Source: a virus. From it: a stretch of DNA of 64,000 nucleotides. The stretch lies in IMG/VR virus record IMGVR_UViG_3300040801_002721; one strand, given 5' to 3'. Below are positions 1 through 9,011 of this stretch, piece after piece. The translations under genes and the position numbers were made by a program. Each line of letters begins with the position of its first letter. Position 1 is the first letter of the stretch. A model generated the notes under the pieces. The model was not told the DNA's origin. It saw only the letters and a list, made by a program, of their open reading frames with translations, and ran no database searches.

Positions 1-792
1 ATGTCTCTCGACGTCGTTTCTCAGTCCGTCGAGTCCGGTACGCGTAAGCTACAGGCTGGTTGGACGATCGAAGCAATGCAGGACCTACAGTCCCAGCATG
101 GTCTAGACATCGAATCCGAAATGACTCAGGCACTTTCCGCTGAGATCGTTCAGGAAATCGACGCAGAAATCATCACCGACCTGCTAACTCTTGCAGGCAC
201 AGTTCAGACGTTCGACGGCAGCTCGGCAACAGGTTACGTTGGTCCAACGTACCAGCCAGCATACGTTGGTGACCGTCTGGCAAACCTCGGTGTTCTGATC
301 AACTACGTTGCAAACGAGATTGCTCGTCGCACGCGCCGTGGCGCAGGTAACTTCATCGTGGTTTCCCCACTTGTCGTTTCTGTTCTACAGTCCGCTGCGA
401 AGTCGGTCTTCGCTCCAGCTGTTGAAGGTTCGTTCCGCGGTCCTAACAACACAGCACTAGTTGGTACTCTGAACGGCACCATCAAGGTCTACTCCTACCT
501 CTGGAACACAGCAGGTTCGGGTGTTGACATGGGTGTTGCTGCACCAGGTACGGATGACGTCATCCTTGTCGGCTACAAAGGCGGCAACGGCGAGACGGAT
601 ACGGGTTACTTCTACTGCCCATACATCCCACTGATGAGCTCCGGCACGGTTGTTCACCCTGAGACGTTCCAGCCTGTCATCTCCCTGATGACTCGCTACG
701 GTAAGACGTTCTTCACGGATCCAGCAACGTCGCTCGGTAACTCCGGTGACTACTACGGTAAGATCAACGTGACGGACCTTTCGTTCGCGTAA
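1..792 (+). CDS. gp23: Major capsid protein, T4 gp23 family (C-terminal part; gene starts before the window)
   Basis: RKLQAGWTIEAMQDLQSQHGLDIESEMTQALSAEIVQEIDAEII and FYCPYIPL...FQPVISLMTRYG are characteristic gp23 motifs. Confidence 0.95.
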   Translation: MSLDVVSQSVESGTRKLQAGWTIEAMQDLQSQHGLDIESEMTQALSAEIVQEIDAEIITDLLTLAGTVQTFDGSSATGYVGPTYQPAYVGDRLANLGVLINYVANEIARRTRRGAGNFIVVSPLVVSVLQSAAKSVFAPAVEGSFRGPNNTALVGTLNGTIKVYSYLWNTAGSGVDMGVAAPGTDDVILVGYKGGNGETDTGYFYCPYIPLMSSGTVVHPETFQPVISLMTRYGKTFFTDPATSLGNSGDYYGKINVTDLSFA

Positions 793-833
793 TCGACACC
801 GTACACCTGAGTATACTCAGTGTAGAAAACGGG

Positions 834-858
834 AGCCCCGCTTTATGCGGGGCTTTCT
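834..858 (+). terminator. Rho-independent terminator after the capsid gene
   Basis: AGCCCCGC-TTTAT-GCGGGGCT stem-loop followed by TTCT. Confidence 0.8.
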
Positions 859-877
859 GTATCTGCACCCTCGAAAC

Positions 878-885
878 TATAAATA
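878..885 (+). promoter_or_regulatory. T4-type late promoter TATAAATA
   Basis: Exact T4 late consensus upstream of the gene at 949; a TAAATA core recurs before most structural genes. Confidence 0.8.
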
Positions 886-948
886 CCCCTGTGTACACAT
901 ACAGACTTCCGTCTGCAACAACCGGTTAATCAATCAAGGAGATATCTA

Positions 949-1893
949 ATGGCAGATCGCAATCGCAACACGGAAAACTACCGTTATCCACAACCAACAG
1001 ATGCATCGACACCAGCTGGTCAGGTACTAGGTGGTACAGTAACAGTCGACTTCGGCTTCGATGCAGGTGCTCTTGAGCTAGTTCAGCTTGAGCTTGACAT
1101 CTTCACCTCAACGCGTGAAACAAACAACGACAAGTTCCAGCTAACGTTCCCAGGACCTGCTGATGCTGTTGTTGCAGCAGCACCATTCAATGGTGACGTA
1201 AACGCATTCCTCGCAGATTACTTCGCAACAGATCCAACTGGACAAGCGCTTGCAGCCCTTGGTTTTGACGCTTCGTTCCGTGGAACGGCAGGCCGTGCTG
1301 TGTGGTCGATCACCATCCCTGGCGATGCAGTTGATTCGCTACCAATCGTTGATGGTACAGCAACAACAATCCTACCAGAAGGTGTAGTTGACTTCTTCAT
1401 CTCTGTGCTGGCAACGGACGGCACCGACACATTCTACTGGGGCGATCAGACGAGTGCGTTTGATGTTCTTCGTCGTGTCTCCCACGTTGTCCCAGCACAA
1501 CGTGACGTGACGGGTAATGGTGTTAATGAGCCAGTGCGTATTCTCGATGCTACTGATCCAAATGCAGAAGTTGTTCTACGACTACGTCCTCTAGGTTCTG
1601 AAGGCGTTGATGCTACGAATGAACTGATTCGTACAGGCACAGGTGCAACCGATGATGAGAAACTACTCTCGACAAACGAGGGTGTCCTCAGATACGGCAA
1701 ATTCGTCTCGACGCTTGGCCCGGTCCAAGTTCCAGGATCCCCATCTGTTTCGGGTGTTCCTGTTCAAGGTACCACACCAGGCAAGAAGGGCGAGATCTGG
1801 GTTGGTGACGACGGCGGCACACCTAAGCTGTTTGTCAACATCGACGGCACACCTGATGGGTGGCAGGAAGCTACGCTTACGCCTGTAGCGTAA
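949..1893 (+). CDS. Hypothetical virion protein, candidate head decoration protein
   Basis: 314 aa ORF directly after gp23, own late promoter and SD (AAGGAG), acidic and beta-rich. Confidence 0.55.
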   Translation: MADRNRNTENYRYPQPTDASTPAGQVLGGTVTVDFGFDAGALELVQLELDIFTSTRETNNDKFQLTFPGPADAVVAAAPFNGDVNAFLADYFATDPTGQALAALGFDASFRGTAGRAVWSITIPGDAVDSLPIVDGTATTILPEGVVDFFISVLATDGTDTFYWGDQTSAFDVLRRVSHVVPAQRDVTGNGVNEPVRILDATDPNAEVVLRLRPLGSEGVDATNELIRTGTGATDDEKLLSTNEGVLRYGKFVSTLGPVQVPGSPSVSGVPVQGTTPGKKGEIWVGDDGGTPKLFVNIDGTPDGWQEATLTPVA

Positions 1894-1921
1894 GAAGACC
1901 TAACAGGTCCGCATCACAGAG

Positions 1922-1948
1922 AACCGGGTCTATATGGCCCGGTTTTTT
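1922..1948 (+). terminator. Rho-independent terminator
   Basis: AACCGGGTC-TATAT-GGCCCGGTT followed by a T-tract. Confidence 0.75.
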
Positions 1949-1949
1949 G

Positions 1950-1978
1950 TTGCCTTGAAGAAAAATACCCCGTATAGT
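1950..1978 (+). promoter_or_regulatory. Sigma70-like early promoter
   Basis: TTGCCT-N17-TATAGT. Confidence 0.5.
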
Positions 1979-2021
1979 ATCTGCTTCCTTTGCGTTTTAG
2001 GTAGCCAAACCAACACCCACC

Positions 2022-2029
2022 AATAAATA
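2022..2029 (+). promoter_or_regulatory. Late promoter (AATAAATA)
   Basis: TAAATA core upstream of 2055. Confidence 0.65.
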
Positions 2030-2054
2030 TCCCTAAACGCCATGAAAGGGTTCG

Positions 2055-2384
2055 ATGAATAAACTAACCTTCAAAGAGTATTACGAGAGCAAACAGCAGC
2101 TGCTGGAAGCACTCAAGAGGACGCCAGAACAGGAAGTGCAGTATGTTGTTCGCAAGTACTGCAAGATTCCCCTTGGCGAATCTAAGGAAGGGAAAGAGTA
2201 CGTTTCGCTAAAACCGAAACAGACCATTGTAGTTAGATGGCTGTACGAAGACATTGAGGATCCTACCCCTCTACAAATCCGCTTTCAAGGAGCGGAAGAG
2301 TTGGAGAACATGACGTTCGAAACTTTTTGGTCGGGCGAGAAGCTCGACAGTTGGCTATCACGAAACGCAAGGGAGCTTTTCTAA
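2055..2384 (+). CDS. Hypothetical protein, candidate internal head protein
   Basis: N-terminus MNKLTFKEYYE resembles the T4 internal-protein capsid-targeting sequence. Confidence 0.6.
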   Translation: MNKLTFKEYYESKQQLLEALKRTPEQEVQYVVRKYCKIPLGESKEGKEYVSLKPKQTIVVRWLYEDIEDPTPLQIRFQGAEELENMTFETFWSGEKLDSWLSRNARELF

Positions 2385-2830
2385 TGTTCGGACTTATCGC
2401 AGAAGCAAATACAACGATTACTGAGATCGACACGCTTGTCGAGGGGCTTCGAGCTTCACACGGTGAGAATGTAACTTTCATTCTCGAGGGTGCAGAGGCA
2501 ATCGTTGGACGAGTGATCGCCAATCTTGGAGCTGGAAAATCTGGATGGGACGGCAGTGGCGTCACCCCCGAAATGATTGCTGGTATCGATCAAGTCTACA
2601 GCCAGCCAGACGTGTTCAACATGGATTCGTCTAAGCTCCGCATGTTCGATGATAAGATTGACAAGAATGCTGCTATGCAGAAGAAACTACACGCCGTAGG
2701 CACAAAAGCGAAGGCTCGTGTCGAACAACTCAAAAGCATGGAACCTGAGATGCTCAAGAGAGAAATGGGCAAGCTGAAGATGAAAACTCAACAGGCAGTA
2801 GCTAAAGCAGCAAGTCAAAAGGCTGCATAA
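2384..2830 (+). CDS. Hypothetical Lys-rich protein, candidate internal head protein (start revised to ATG 2384)
   Basis: TAATG stop/start overlap, SD GGGAG at 2371; N-terminus MFGLIAE-A resembles a gp21 cleavage site. Confidence 0.6.
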   Translation: MFGLIAEANTTITEIDTLVEGLRASHGENVTFILEGAEAIVGRVIANLGAGKSGWDGSGVTPEMIAGIDQVYSQPDVFNMDSSKLRMFDDKIDKNAAMQKKLHAVGTKAKARVEQLKSMEPEMLKREMGKLKMKTQQAVAKAASQKAA

Positions 2831-2885
2831 ACAGACCACTTCAATAAATACACCTGTTCGAAAATTGCGTTAACTGGAGAAACCT

Positions 2886-3500
2886 ATGTATACGTTCAAA
2901 GAATTCTTGATCAACGAGTCGCAGGGTGGCGGACACCGCCAACGCGCTCTCGACAACCTCAAGAAGATGCTCAAGGCTGAGACTGAGGTCACCGAGAAGA
3001 CGGGTGTTGACGCATTCGACATCATCAACGCTTTCGAGATTCTCGAGAAACACTTCGACGAAGCCAAAAAGACTGCTACCGAGAAGGTTCAAACCGATCG
3101 CGGCGAAGTCGACACAAGCAAAGGCCACCGTCGTGGTGAGAAAGAATTCAATGTCACGAAGGACGTAATGGGTGCTGTTGAATCCTTCTTCATGGGTGGT
3201 CCCTCTGATAAGGACGCAGCAGGCAACAAGCGCAAGTATCGTCTGTTCGTCACAATGGTACTCAAGCCGTTCATCCGTTCGTTTGACGGCATGAGCCACG
3301 AAGAGGTCTTCCGCACTTATAAGGGTGCTATTGATGACATGATCAACTTCACACGCACACACGACGAGAATGTCAGCCCTGACGATGCGAAGATGGCGAT
3401 GCGCTCCCTCAAGAATCTTGCTCGCAACGAGAATAAGATTCAGTCCATTGCTCAGAAGATCGCCAAGATGCGCAAGAGCAAAAAGTCCAAGAAGGACTAA
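2886..3500 (+). CDS. Basic hypothetical protein, candidate internal head protein
   Basis: Late promoter AATAAATA at 2843, SD GGAG; N-terminus MYTFKEFLINE-S; basic C-terminus. Confidence 0.7.
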   Translation: MYTFKEFLINESQGGGHRQRALDNLKKMLKAETEVTEKTGVDAFDIINAFEILEKHFDEAKKTATEKVQTDRGEVDTSKGHRRGEKEFNVTKDVMGAVESFFMGGPSDKDAAGNKRKYRLFVTMVLKPFIRSFDGMSHEEVFRTYKGAIDDMINFTRTHDENVSPDDAKMAMRSLKNLARNENKIQSIAQKIAKMRKSKKSKKD

Positions 3501-3524
3501 ACTCCCACAGCCATCCTACCCGCC

Positions 3525-3555
3525 CATAAATACCTCCACATTCGTGGAGGTATTT
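3525..3555 (+). promoter_or_regulatory. Late promoter overlapping an RBS-sequestering hairpin
   Basis: CATAAATA at 3525-3532; perfect 12-bp stem AAATACCTCCAC-attc-GTGGAGGTATTT covering SD GGAGGT. Confidence 0.8.
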
Positions 3556-3559
3556 GGTT

Positions 3560-6553
3560 ATGGGTGTATTTGATCCCAGTACAGACGCACCAGAGAAACT
3601 AAAGCAAGAAGGCGATAACGTTTCTGTCAAGTTTGAGCGTCTTACACCTACAACAGGTCGTGTAAGCTGGAACATTCCAGCACCTGCTGATGGCTGCTCA
3701 GCCGACCAGCAAGCATACGACGGCATCGTTGTAGTTCTTAACACCGTAGCAAATAAGCCTACGGACCGGCCAGTTGACGGCAATCGATACACGGCCGACG
3801 CAACCGGCGACCCCGACCTCCATGCAGGAGACAAGATCGGCGATGCGCTCGTCGTGGGCGCCTTCTACGGCGACAAGACGACGACATCTTTCGACATTAC
3901 TGATCTCGTAGATGGTGCGGCGTACTTCGTCACTGCACATCCTGTAGATCAGCAAAACAGATACTATAATCCGGGTGCAAACGGATATTCGCTACCTCTA
4001 CAATCTAACGAGAAAGAGCCGGACACTAAAGCGTTCCACGAGATTGCGCTGAGTAACCCGGATGGGTCGGATGTTATTGGTACGGATTCAACAGGCCTCA
4101 CGGCTGGCGACGTATACAACTTCTTCTTGTGTGTAGACGGCAAGGAATATGAGATCCTTGTGGATGGTGCTAACGCTCAAACTTACGATGAGCTGATCGC
4201 CGAGATCAACAAACAGCTTCAACTGGTTGGCAATCCATTCCAGGGTCCGCTTGCTCCAAATACTGGTGGCTACTACTACAACCTAGCGACAGGTGAACTG
4301 TTCCAGTGGAATGGCAGCACGAACGTCCCCCTTGAAGTCACGAACCATCCAACCGACCCTTCCCTCGTCGCTGCGGGTGACTATTGGCTAGATTCAGATT
4401 CAGGTTCTAATGACCTGTTTCTCCGCGACCTCACCAACGTATCGTGGATTCTTCAAACACCTACTGTGGAAGCGGGGTTTGATGTTATCAACCCATCCTG
4501 CGATTCATACTGGTACGACAGCGTGCCATGTGACATGTGGAAGTGGAACGGTACAACGTGGTGCAAGCGTGCGCCTGTGTTTGTACAAGAGACGGATCCT
4601 TCGGATCCAGAGTCGCTGTCCTGTGGCTCTTACTGGCTGGATGGGGACGGCATTTTGTCCGTTTGGACACAGAACGGGGAGTGCACTGAATGGGTACAAA
4701 CCGAAGCCATCTCGTGGGATCTTCCGCCTACTCAGATTGTTAGCGGTACGTACTGGTTCAACGACAGCACAAACGAACTGAACCTACGCGTCGGTGCTCT
4801 TTGGGAGGTACAAACCGACGCATTTGTACAAGATGAGGAGCCACTAACCAACGTAGTCGGCGCTCAGTGGTTTGTACCTTCAACTGAACAGCTGTTTGTG
4901 CTGGACCAAACCAACACGTGGGTAGAAACGCCTGTCCTAATCTACGGTACAGATCCTACTAACCCCGAATCTTGTGATTTGTGGTTCAATACAGCAATAG
5001 AACAACTGTTTGTGTGGGACGCGGTTAGCAACGAATGGGATCAAGTAGCGCAGTTCTTCGATCAAGTAGAAGATCCTTCGGCATCAAAAGTTCTACCTGT
5101 CGGTGCTATCTGGGTAAACAATGATGTCTACTACGAGTGGGATGGTGGACAGTGGGTTCTAATCGAAAGCGGCAACGTTGTAGTTTGGCCTAGCGATCCT
5201 ACGCAGATCCCAGTCGGTACTATTTGGTATCAAACAACTCTCGACGCATACTTTGTTTGGGATGGATCGGTATGGAACACAATCGAACCTATCGTCGCTG
5301 ATGAAGATCCAGCAGTACCACAACTTGGTGCGTTCTGGTTTAACACAACAACCAACATTCTCAGTCAATGGAATGGTTCTGCGTGGATTCCGGTCGCTTA
5401 CAGCTCGGCGCCTCTAGCTCCGACTGTAGGTGCTGTGTGGTTCGACACAACACAGGACGTACTACTCACGTGGGATGGTACCGCGTGGGTTCCTGCATCG
5501 CAAGATGTTACGGTTGCCCTGAACGTATCAGAACCAGCTTCGTGCACACATAATCCAACAAGCAACATCGTATTCACGCGCGAAGCCGCCGGTTCGCTGT
5601 TCTCGCTCCGTCTCGGAATGATCACTAACGCGACGCCTCAGATTATACAACCATCAATATCGTACATTTTCAAAGGTGATCTGTTTACAAGTCTAACAGC
5701 TCGCGCGCAGCTACAAGATCCAGTGCCAGGATCTGATGGTCTCGAGTCAATTCCTATGTACGACCAACAGGGGGTCGGTACTGATGGCACAATGGATGAG
5801 CGCCGCGAGCTGGGTGACAGCATTCGTAGACAACTCGGATATCCAACAGTTGAAGTCGAACTGACTCAGAAACAAATCGATGAAGCTATCCAAAGCGCTG
5901 TTGAAGAATTCCGACTCCGTAGTGCGTCGGCATACCGTCGTGTGTATTTCATGATGGACCTTGAGCCAGGCAGACAGCGCTACTCCCTAACAAGTAAAGC
6001 AACTGGGTTCAACACGATTGTTAACATCATGGGAATCTGGCGCATGACAGCAGCGTTCCAGAGTCTTGCTTCTGCGTCGGGCGTATATGGCCAGACGGTG
6101 ATACAGCACTTGTATCACATGGGCACATTCGACCTAGTTAGCTATCACCTCGTCTCTGACTACATCGAGCAGCTAGAGATGATGTTTGCAACACGTGTTA
6201 CGTACACGTGGGATGAGAACACGCGCCAGTTGGACGTATTCCAATCCATTAGACGCCGTGAGCGAGTATTGCTGGATGCTATGATTGAGCGCACGGAACA
6301 AGAACTAATGCAGAACCGCTTCACGAAGAATTGGATTGAGCGTTGGGCGATTGCTCAGTGTCAGCTAACGCTTTCGGAGATCCGCGGCAAGTTTGCGGCA
6401 TTGCCGGGCGCCGGCGGCGGTGTGTCGTTGAATGCAGCAGACCTAGAAGAAAAGGCCCGTTTCAATATGGAACAGTGCTTCCAAGACATCGATAACTTCG
6501 TTGTAAATGACATCGAAAACCTCGGTATGGGTTCGGAGTTCATAATCGGCTAA
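3560..6553 (+). CDS. gp13: Neck protein gp13 with a ~750 aa N-terminal extension (beta domains plus 11 Trp-rich repeats)
   Basis: C-terminal RRQLGYPTVEVELTQKQIDEAIQSAVEEF...WIERWAIAQCQLTLSEIRGKFAALPGAGGGVSLNA is gp13-like; located before gp14/gp15; ATG 3560 fits the SD. Confidence 0.85.
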   Translation: MGVFDPSTDAPEKLKQEGDNVSVKFERLTPTTGRVSWNIPAPADGCSADQQAYDGIVVVLNTVANKPTDRPVDGNRYTADATGDPDLHAGDKIGDALVVGAFYGDKTTTSFDITDLVDGAAYFVTAHPVDQQNRYYNPGANGYSLPLQSNEKEPDTKAFHEIALSNPDGSDVIGTDSTGLTAGDVYNFFLCVDGKEYEILVDGANAQTYDELIAEINKQLQLVGNPFQGPLAPNTGGYYYNLATGELFQWNGSTNVPLEVTNHPTDPSLVAAGDYWLDSDSGSNDLFLRDLTNVSWILQTPTVEAGFDVINPSCDSYWYDSVPCDMWKWNGTTWCKRAPVFVQETDPSDPESLSCGSYWLDGDGILSVWTQNGECTEWVQTEAISWDLPPTQIVSGTYWFNDSTNELNLRVGALWEVQTDAFVQDEEPLTNVVGAQWFVPSTEQLFVLDQTNTWVETPVLIYGTDPTNPESCDLWFNTAIEQLFVWDAVSNEWDQVAQFFDQVEDPSASKVLPVGAIWVNNDVYYEWDGGQWVLIESGNVVVWPSDPTQIPVGTIWYQTTLDAYFVWDGSVWNTIEPIVADEDPAVPQLGAFWFNTTTNILSQWNGSAWIPVAYSSAPLAPTVGAVWFDTTQDVLLTWDGTAWVPASQDVTVALNVSEPASCTHNPTSNIVFTREAAGSLFSLRLGMITNATPQIIQPSISYIFKGDLFTSLTARAQLQDPVPGSDGLESIPMYDQQGVGTDGTMDERRELGDSIRRQLGYPTVEVELTQKQIDEAIQSAVEEFRLRSASAYRRVYFMMDLEPGRQRYSLTSKATGFNTIVNIMGIWRMTAAFQSLASASGVYGQTVIQHLYHMGTFDLVSYHLVSDYIEQLEMMFATRVTYTWDENTRQLDVFQSIRRRERVLLDAMIERTEQELMQNRFTKNWIERWAIAQCQLTLSEIRGKFAALPGAGGGVSLNAADLEEKARFNMEQCFQDIDNFVVNDIENLGMGSEFIIG

Positions 6554-8154
6554 TGAGCACACAAGATACGGTACCAGCAGGGTGCATACAGTTAGGTGAC
6601 GGTACGATCAAGTGCCCCGATACCAATGCGTCAGATGTTTGTAAGCCATGGAAGCTCCAAGATTCCAGAGATGCCTGTATCCAAGAAGACTACGCTAACG
6701 AAGCACTAAACATCGGTGGCGCCACTGCCAACGTATACAAGCTCCTTGGCGTTCATGAACAATCGCGTCTCGTTGATCAGACAGGACGTGGCGAAGCAAT
6801 TTCTGGTGGCGAACTGACAGGCTTTCCTGCTGCAAACGCTTTCACGGATGAATGTACAGTTTGGCGATCATCACAGCGCGGCGACAACGTTACGGCGCAA
6901 TCATACATTGGTTACGACTTTGGCGTAATCAAGATCACAACAGATCGACAGCGCCACGGCGACGCTCGGCCAGAGACTCGCGACATAGCAACGATCCGCA
7001 TCAAACAATTGTCGACGACCAACAATCGCGCAACTAAGGTTCGCATCGAGCGTTCACAGGATGGGCAGAAATGGTATGGCGTTGAGGTGGTTGATCTCGC
7101 TGATGACGACTCGCTCCAGACGCTACATATTCGACGCTCGGTTCCATCAAGATATTGGCGCTTGCGTCCTCTTGAATTCAATGGTGGCCCAGGTGATTTC
7201 TGGGGCGTCGTTGCTCTTGAGATGTCCGACTATGAACTAACGCGTCTCGACAACGTTCAAGATCGACTACTTCTCGAAAACCGTAACCGCGACTATATGG
7301 ACACACCGATCGCGTTGAAGGTGTCTTATGATCTAATCGACGTGCAGACAGAATTGTCTCGCTTCGGAATTGAATTACCGTCGCAGTCGTATTACATGAC
7401 CGTCGGTTTTGCTTCATGCGTCGCCGCGCTCGGTCGTCCTTTTGTTATCGGAGACATTATCGAGCTGCCTAGCGAGGCACAGTACAACACATCACTAGAC
7501 CCAATCAAGAAGTATCTTGAAGTTGTTGATGTGGGTTGGAGTACGGAAGGCTATACAACCGGTTGGAGACCAACACTTCTCCGTATCATTACACAGCCAA
7601 TGCTTGCGTCGCAGGAGACACAGGACATCGTTGGAGACTTTGCTCGTCAGGTAGATGGAACTGGATTGTTCAACATTGACGACGGCAATCACCCAATCTT
7701 CCAAGATTACTCTGAACAGGCGCCCCGCGTTGATGCTGTTTCTCGCAATACCGATAACGTCCCACAGCGTGGGGCGGATGCAAGCAACGAACTGCGGTCT
7801 TTCTCGGAAGATGAACTACAGACAGCTGAAGATGCTGGTGTTAACATTCAGAAGCTGTCATACAATCCAAACGGTCTATATGTTGAAGATGCGGTCCCAC
7901 CAAACAACGAAGATTTCACAATGGGCGACACATACCCTGAGAATCCCTCCGACGGTGATTATCACCGACTGACGTACAGTGGCGTTGCTGAAGATGTGCC
8001 CGCGCGACTATACAGGTATTCTAGCGCTAAAGGTCGTTGGATTTACCTCGAAACTGATCGGCGGTCCGAGTTCGATGGGACGCGCAAGAAGCTACAAGAA
8101 TTCATCACCCATCCTAACGCTGTGGCGAATAACAAGATCCTCGATGATAAATAG
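6553..8154 (+). CDS. gp14: Neck protein gp14 with an inserted discoidin (F5/8 type C)-like domain
   Basis: ELSRFGIELPSQSYYM...GRPFVIGDIIELP is gp14-like; insert has WRS...YIGYDFG...ERSQDGQKW...SRYWRLRP. Confidence 0.8.
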   Translation: MSTQDTVPAGCIQLGDGTIKCPDTNASDVCKPWKLQDSRDACIQEDYANEALNIGGATANVYKLLGVHEQSRLVDQTGRGEAISGGELTGFPAANAFTDECTVWRSSQRGDNVTAQSYIGYDFGVIKITTDRQRHGDARPETRDIATIRIKQLSTTNNRATKVRIERSQDGQKWYGVEVVDLADDDSLQTLHIRRSVPSRYWRLRPLEFNGGPGDFWGVVALEMSDYELTRLDNVQDRLLLENRNRDYMDTPIALKVSYDLIDVQTELSRFGIELPSQSYYMTVGFASCVAALGRPFVIGDIIELPSEAQYNTSLDPIKKYLEVVDVGWSTEGYTTGWRPTLLRIITQPMLASQETQDIVGDFARQVDGTGLFNIDDGNHPIFQDYSEQAPRVDAVSRNTDNVPQRGADASNELRSFSEDELQTAEDAGVNIQKLSYNPNGLYVEDAVPPNNEDFTMGDTYPENPSDGDYHRLTYSGVAEDVPARLYRYSSAKGRWIYLETDRRSEFDGTRKKLQEFITHPNAVANNKILDDK

Positions 8155-8159
8155 TCTTC

Positions 8160-8936
8160 ATGACTAACATTGTTGACGATCCTACCTTCTTCTACGACGA
8201 GCAAATCCGACGCTATGTCCTCCAGTTCATGGCAATCTTCGCTAATATGTACGTTGAGTTTGGTAAGAGTGATGCGCGCGACGAAGCGCTGGTACCTGTT
8301 CACCTTACGTACGGCTACAAGGATCGTGTAGTTGCTCACATCTTTGGTGAGAATACTCAAAACAAGCCGCTGCGACTTCCAGCAATGGCAGCCAATCTGA
8401 TGAATATCAATCTAGCTGCAGACCGCTCGAAAGGACTGCAGATGTCAAGACGCGATACGTATTTGCCCAACCAAGGCATTCTCCCCGATGACATCAAGAC
8501 ACTCGAGCAGCGGATGCCTATTCCATACAACTTTGATTTTGATCTCGCGATCATGACAACAAACCTAGATGAGCATTGGCAGATCCTTGAGCAGATACTA
8601 GTGCTGTTTGATCCAAGCCTTACAATCCAAACCAGCACCGATACGTTTGATTGGAAGAAGTTGCACACGGTCGATCTAACAGGAATCAACTCCGAGCAAA
8701 ACTACCCAGTAGGGGGCGATCGTCGTATCATCGTAACGACCCTACAATTCGTTGCTAAGGGATGGCTTGCGCTGCCGGCTAAGATTCGCAACGACTTCAT
8801 CAAGAATATTCAGCTTCGTGTAGGTTTGGTCAGCACAGCAACGGCAGGATCGGAAGATATTATTGCGGAACTTGATGCGGGTGGGTTTGAGTACAACACT
8901 GAGTTTGATTTTGAAAGCGAAGTTGATTTGCGTTAA
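8160..8936 (+). CDS. gp15: Tail terminator / sheath stabiliser gp15
   Basis: FFYDEQIRRYVLQFMAIF, LRLPAMA, PIPYNFDFDLAI, QILEQILVLFDP motifs and synteny. Confidence 0.9.
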   Translation: MTNIVDDPTFFYDEQIRRYVLQFMAIFANMYVEFGKSDARDEALVPVHLTYGYKDRVVAHIFGENTQNKPLRLPAMAANLMNINLAADRSKGLQMSRRDTYLPNQGILPDDIKTLEQRMPIPYNFDFDLAIMTTNLDEHWQILEQILVLFDPSLTIQTSTDTFDWKKLHTVDLTGINSEQNYPVGGDRRIIVTTLQFVAKGWLALPAKIRNDFIKNIQLRVGLVSTATAGSEDIIAELDAGGFEYNTEFDFESEVDLR

Positions 8937-8950
8937 GTTTGGTATAGTGA

Positions 8951-8958
8951 CATAAATA
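8951..8958 (+). promoter_or_regulatory. Late promoter (CATAAATA) of the sheath gene
   Basis: TAAATA core; SD GGAG precedes 9012. Confidence 0.75.
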
Positions 8959-9011
8959 CCCACGTTATACACTCGCAGTATACAGTTAAGAAGTAATCAG
9001 GAGAAACAAAA

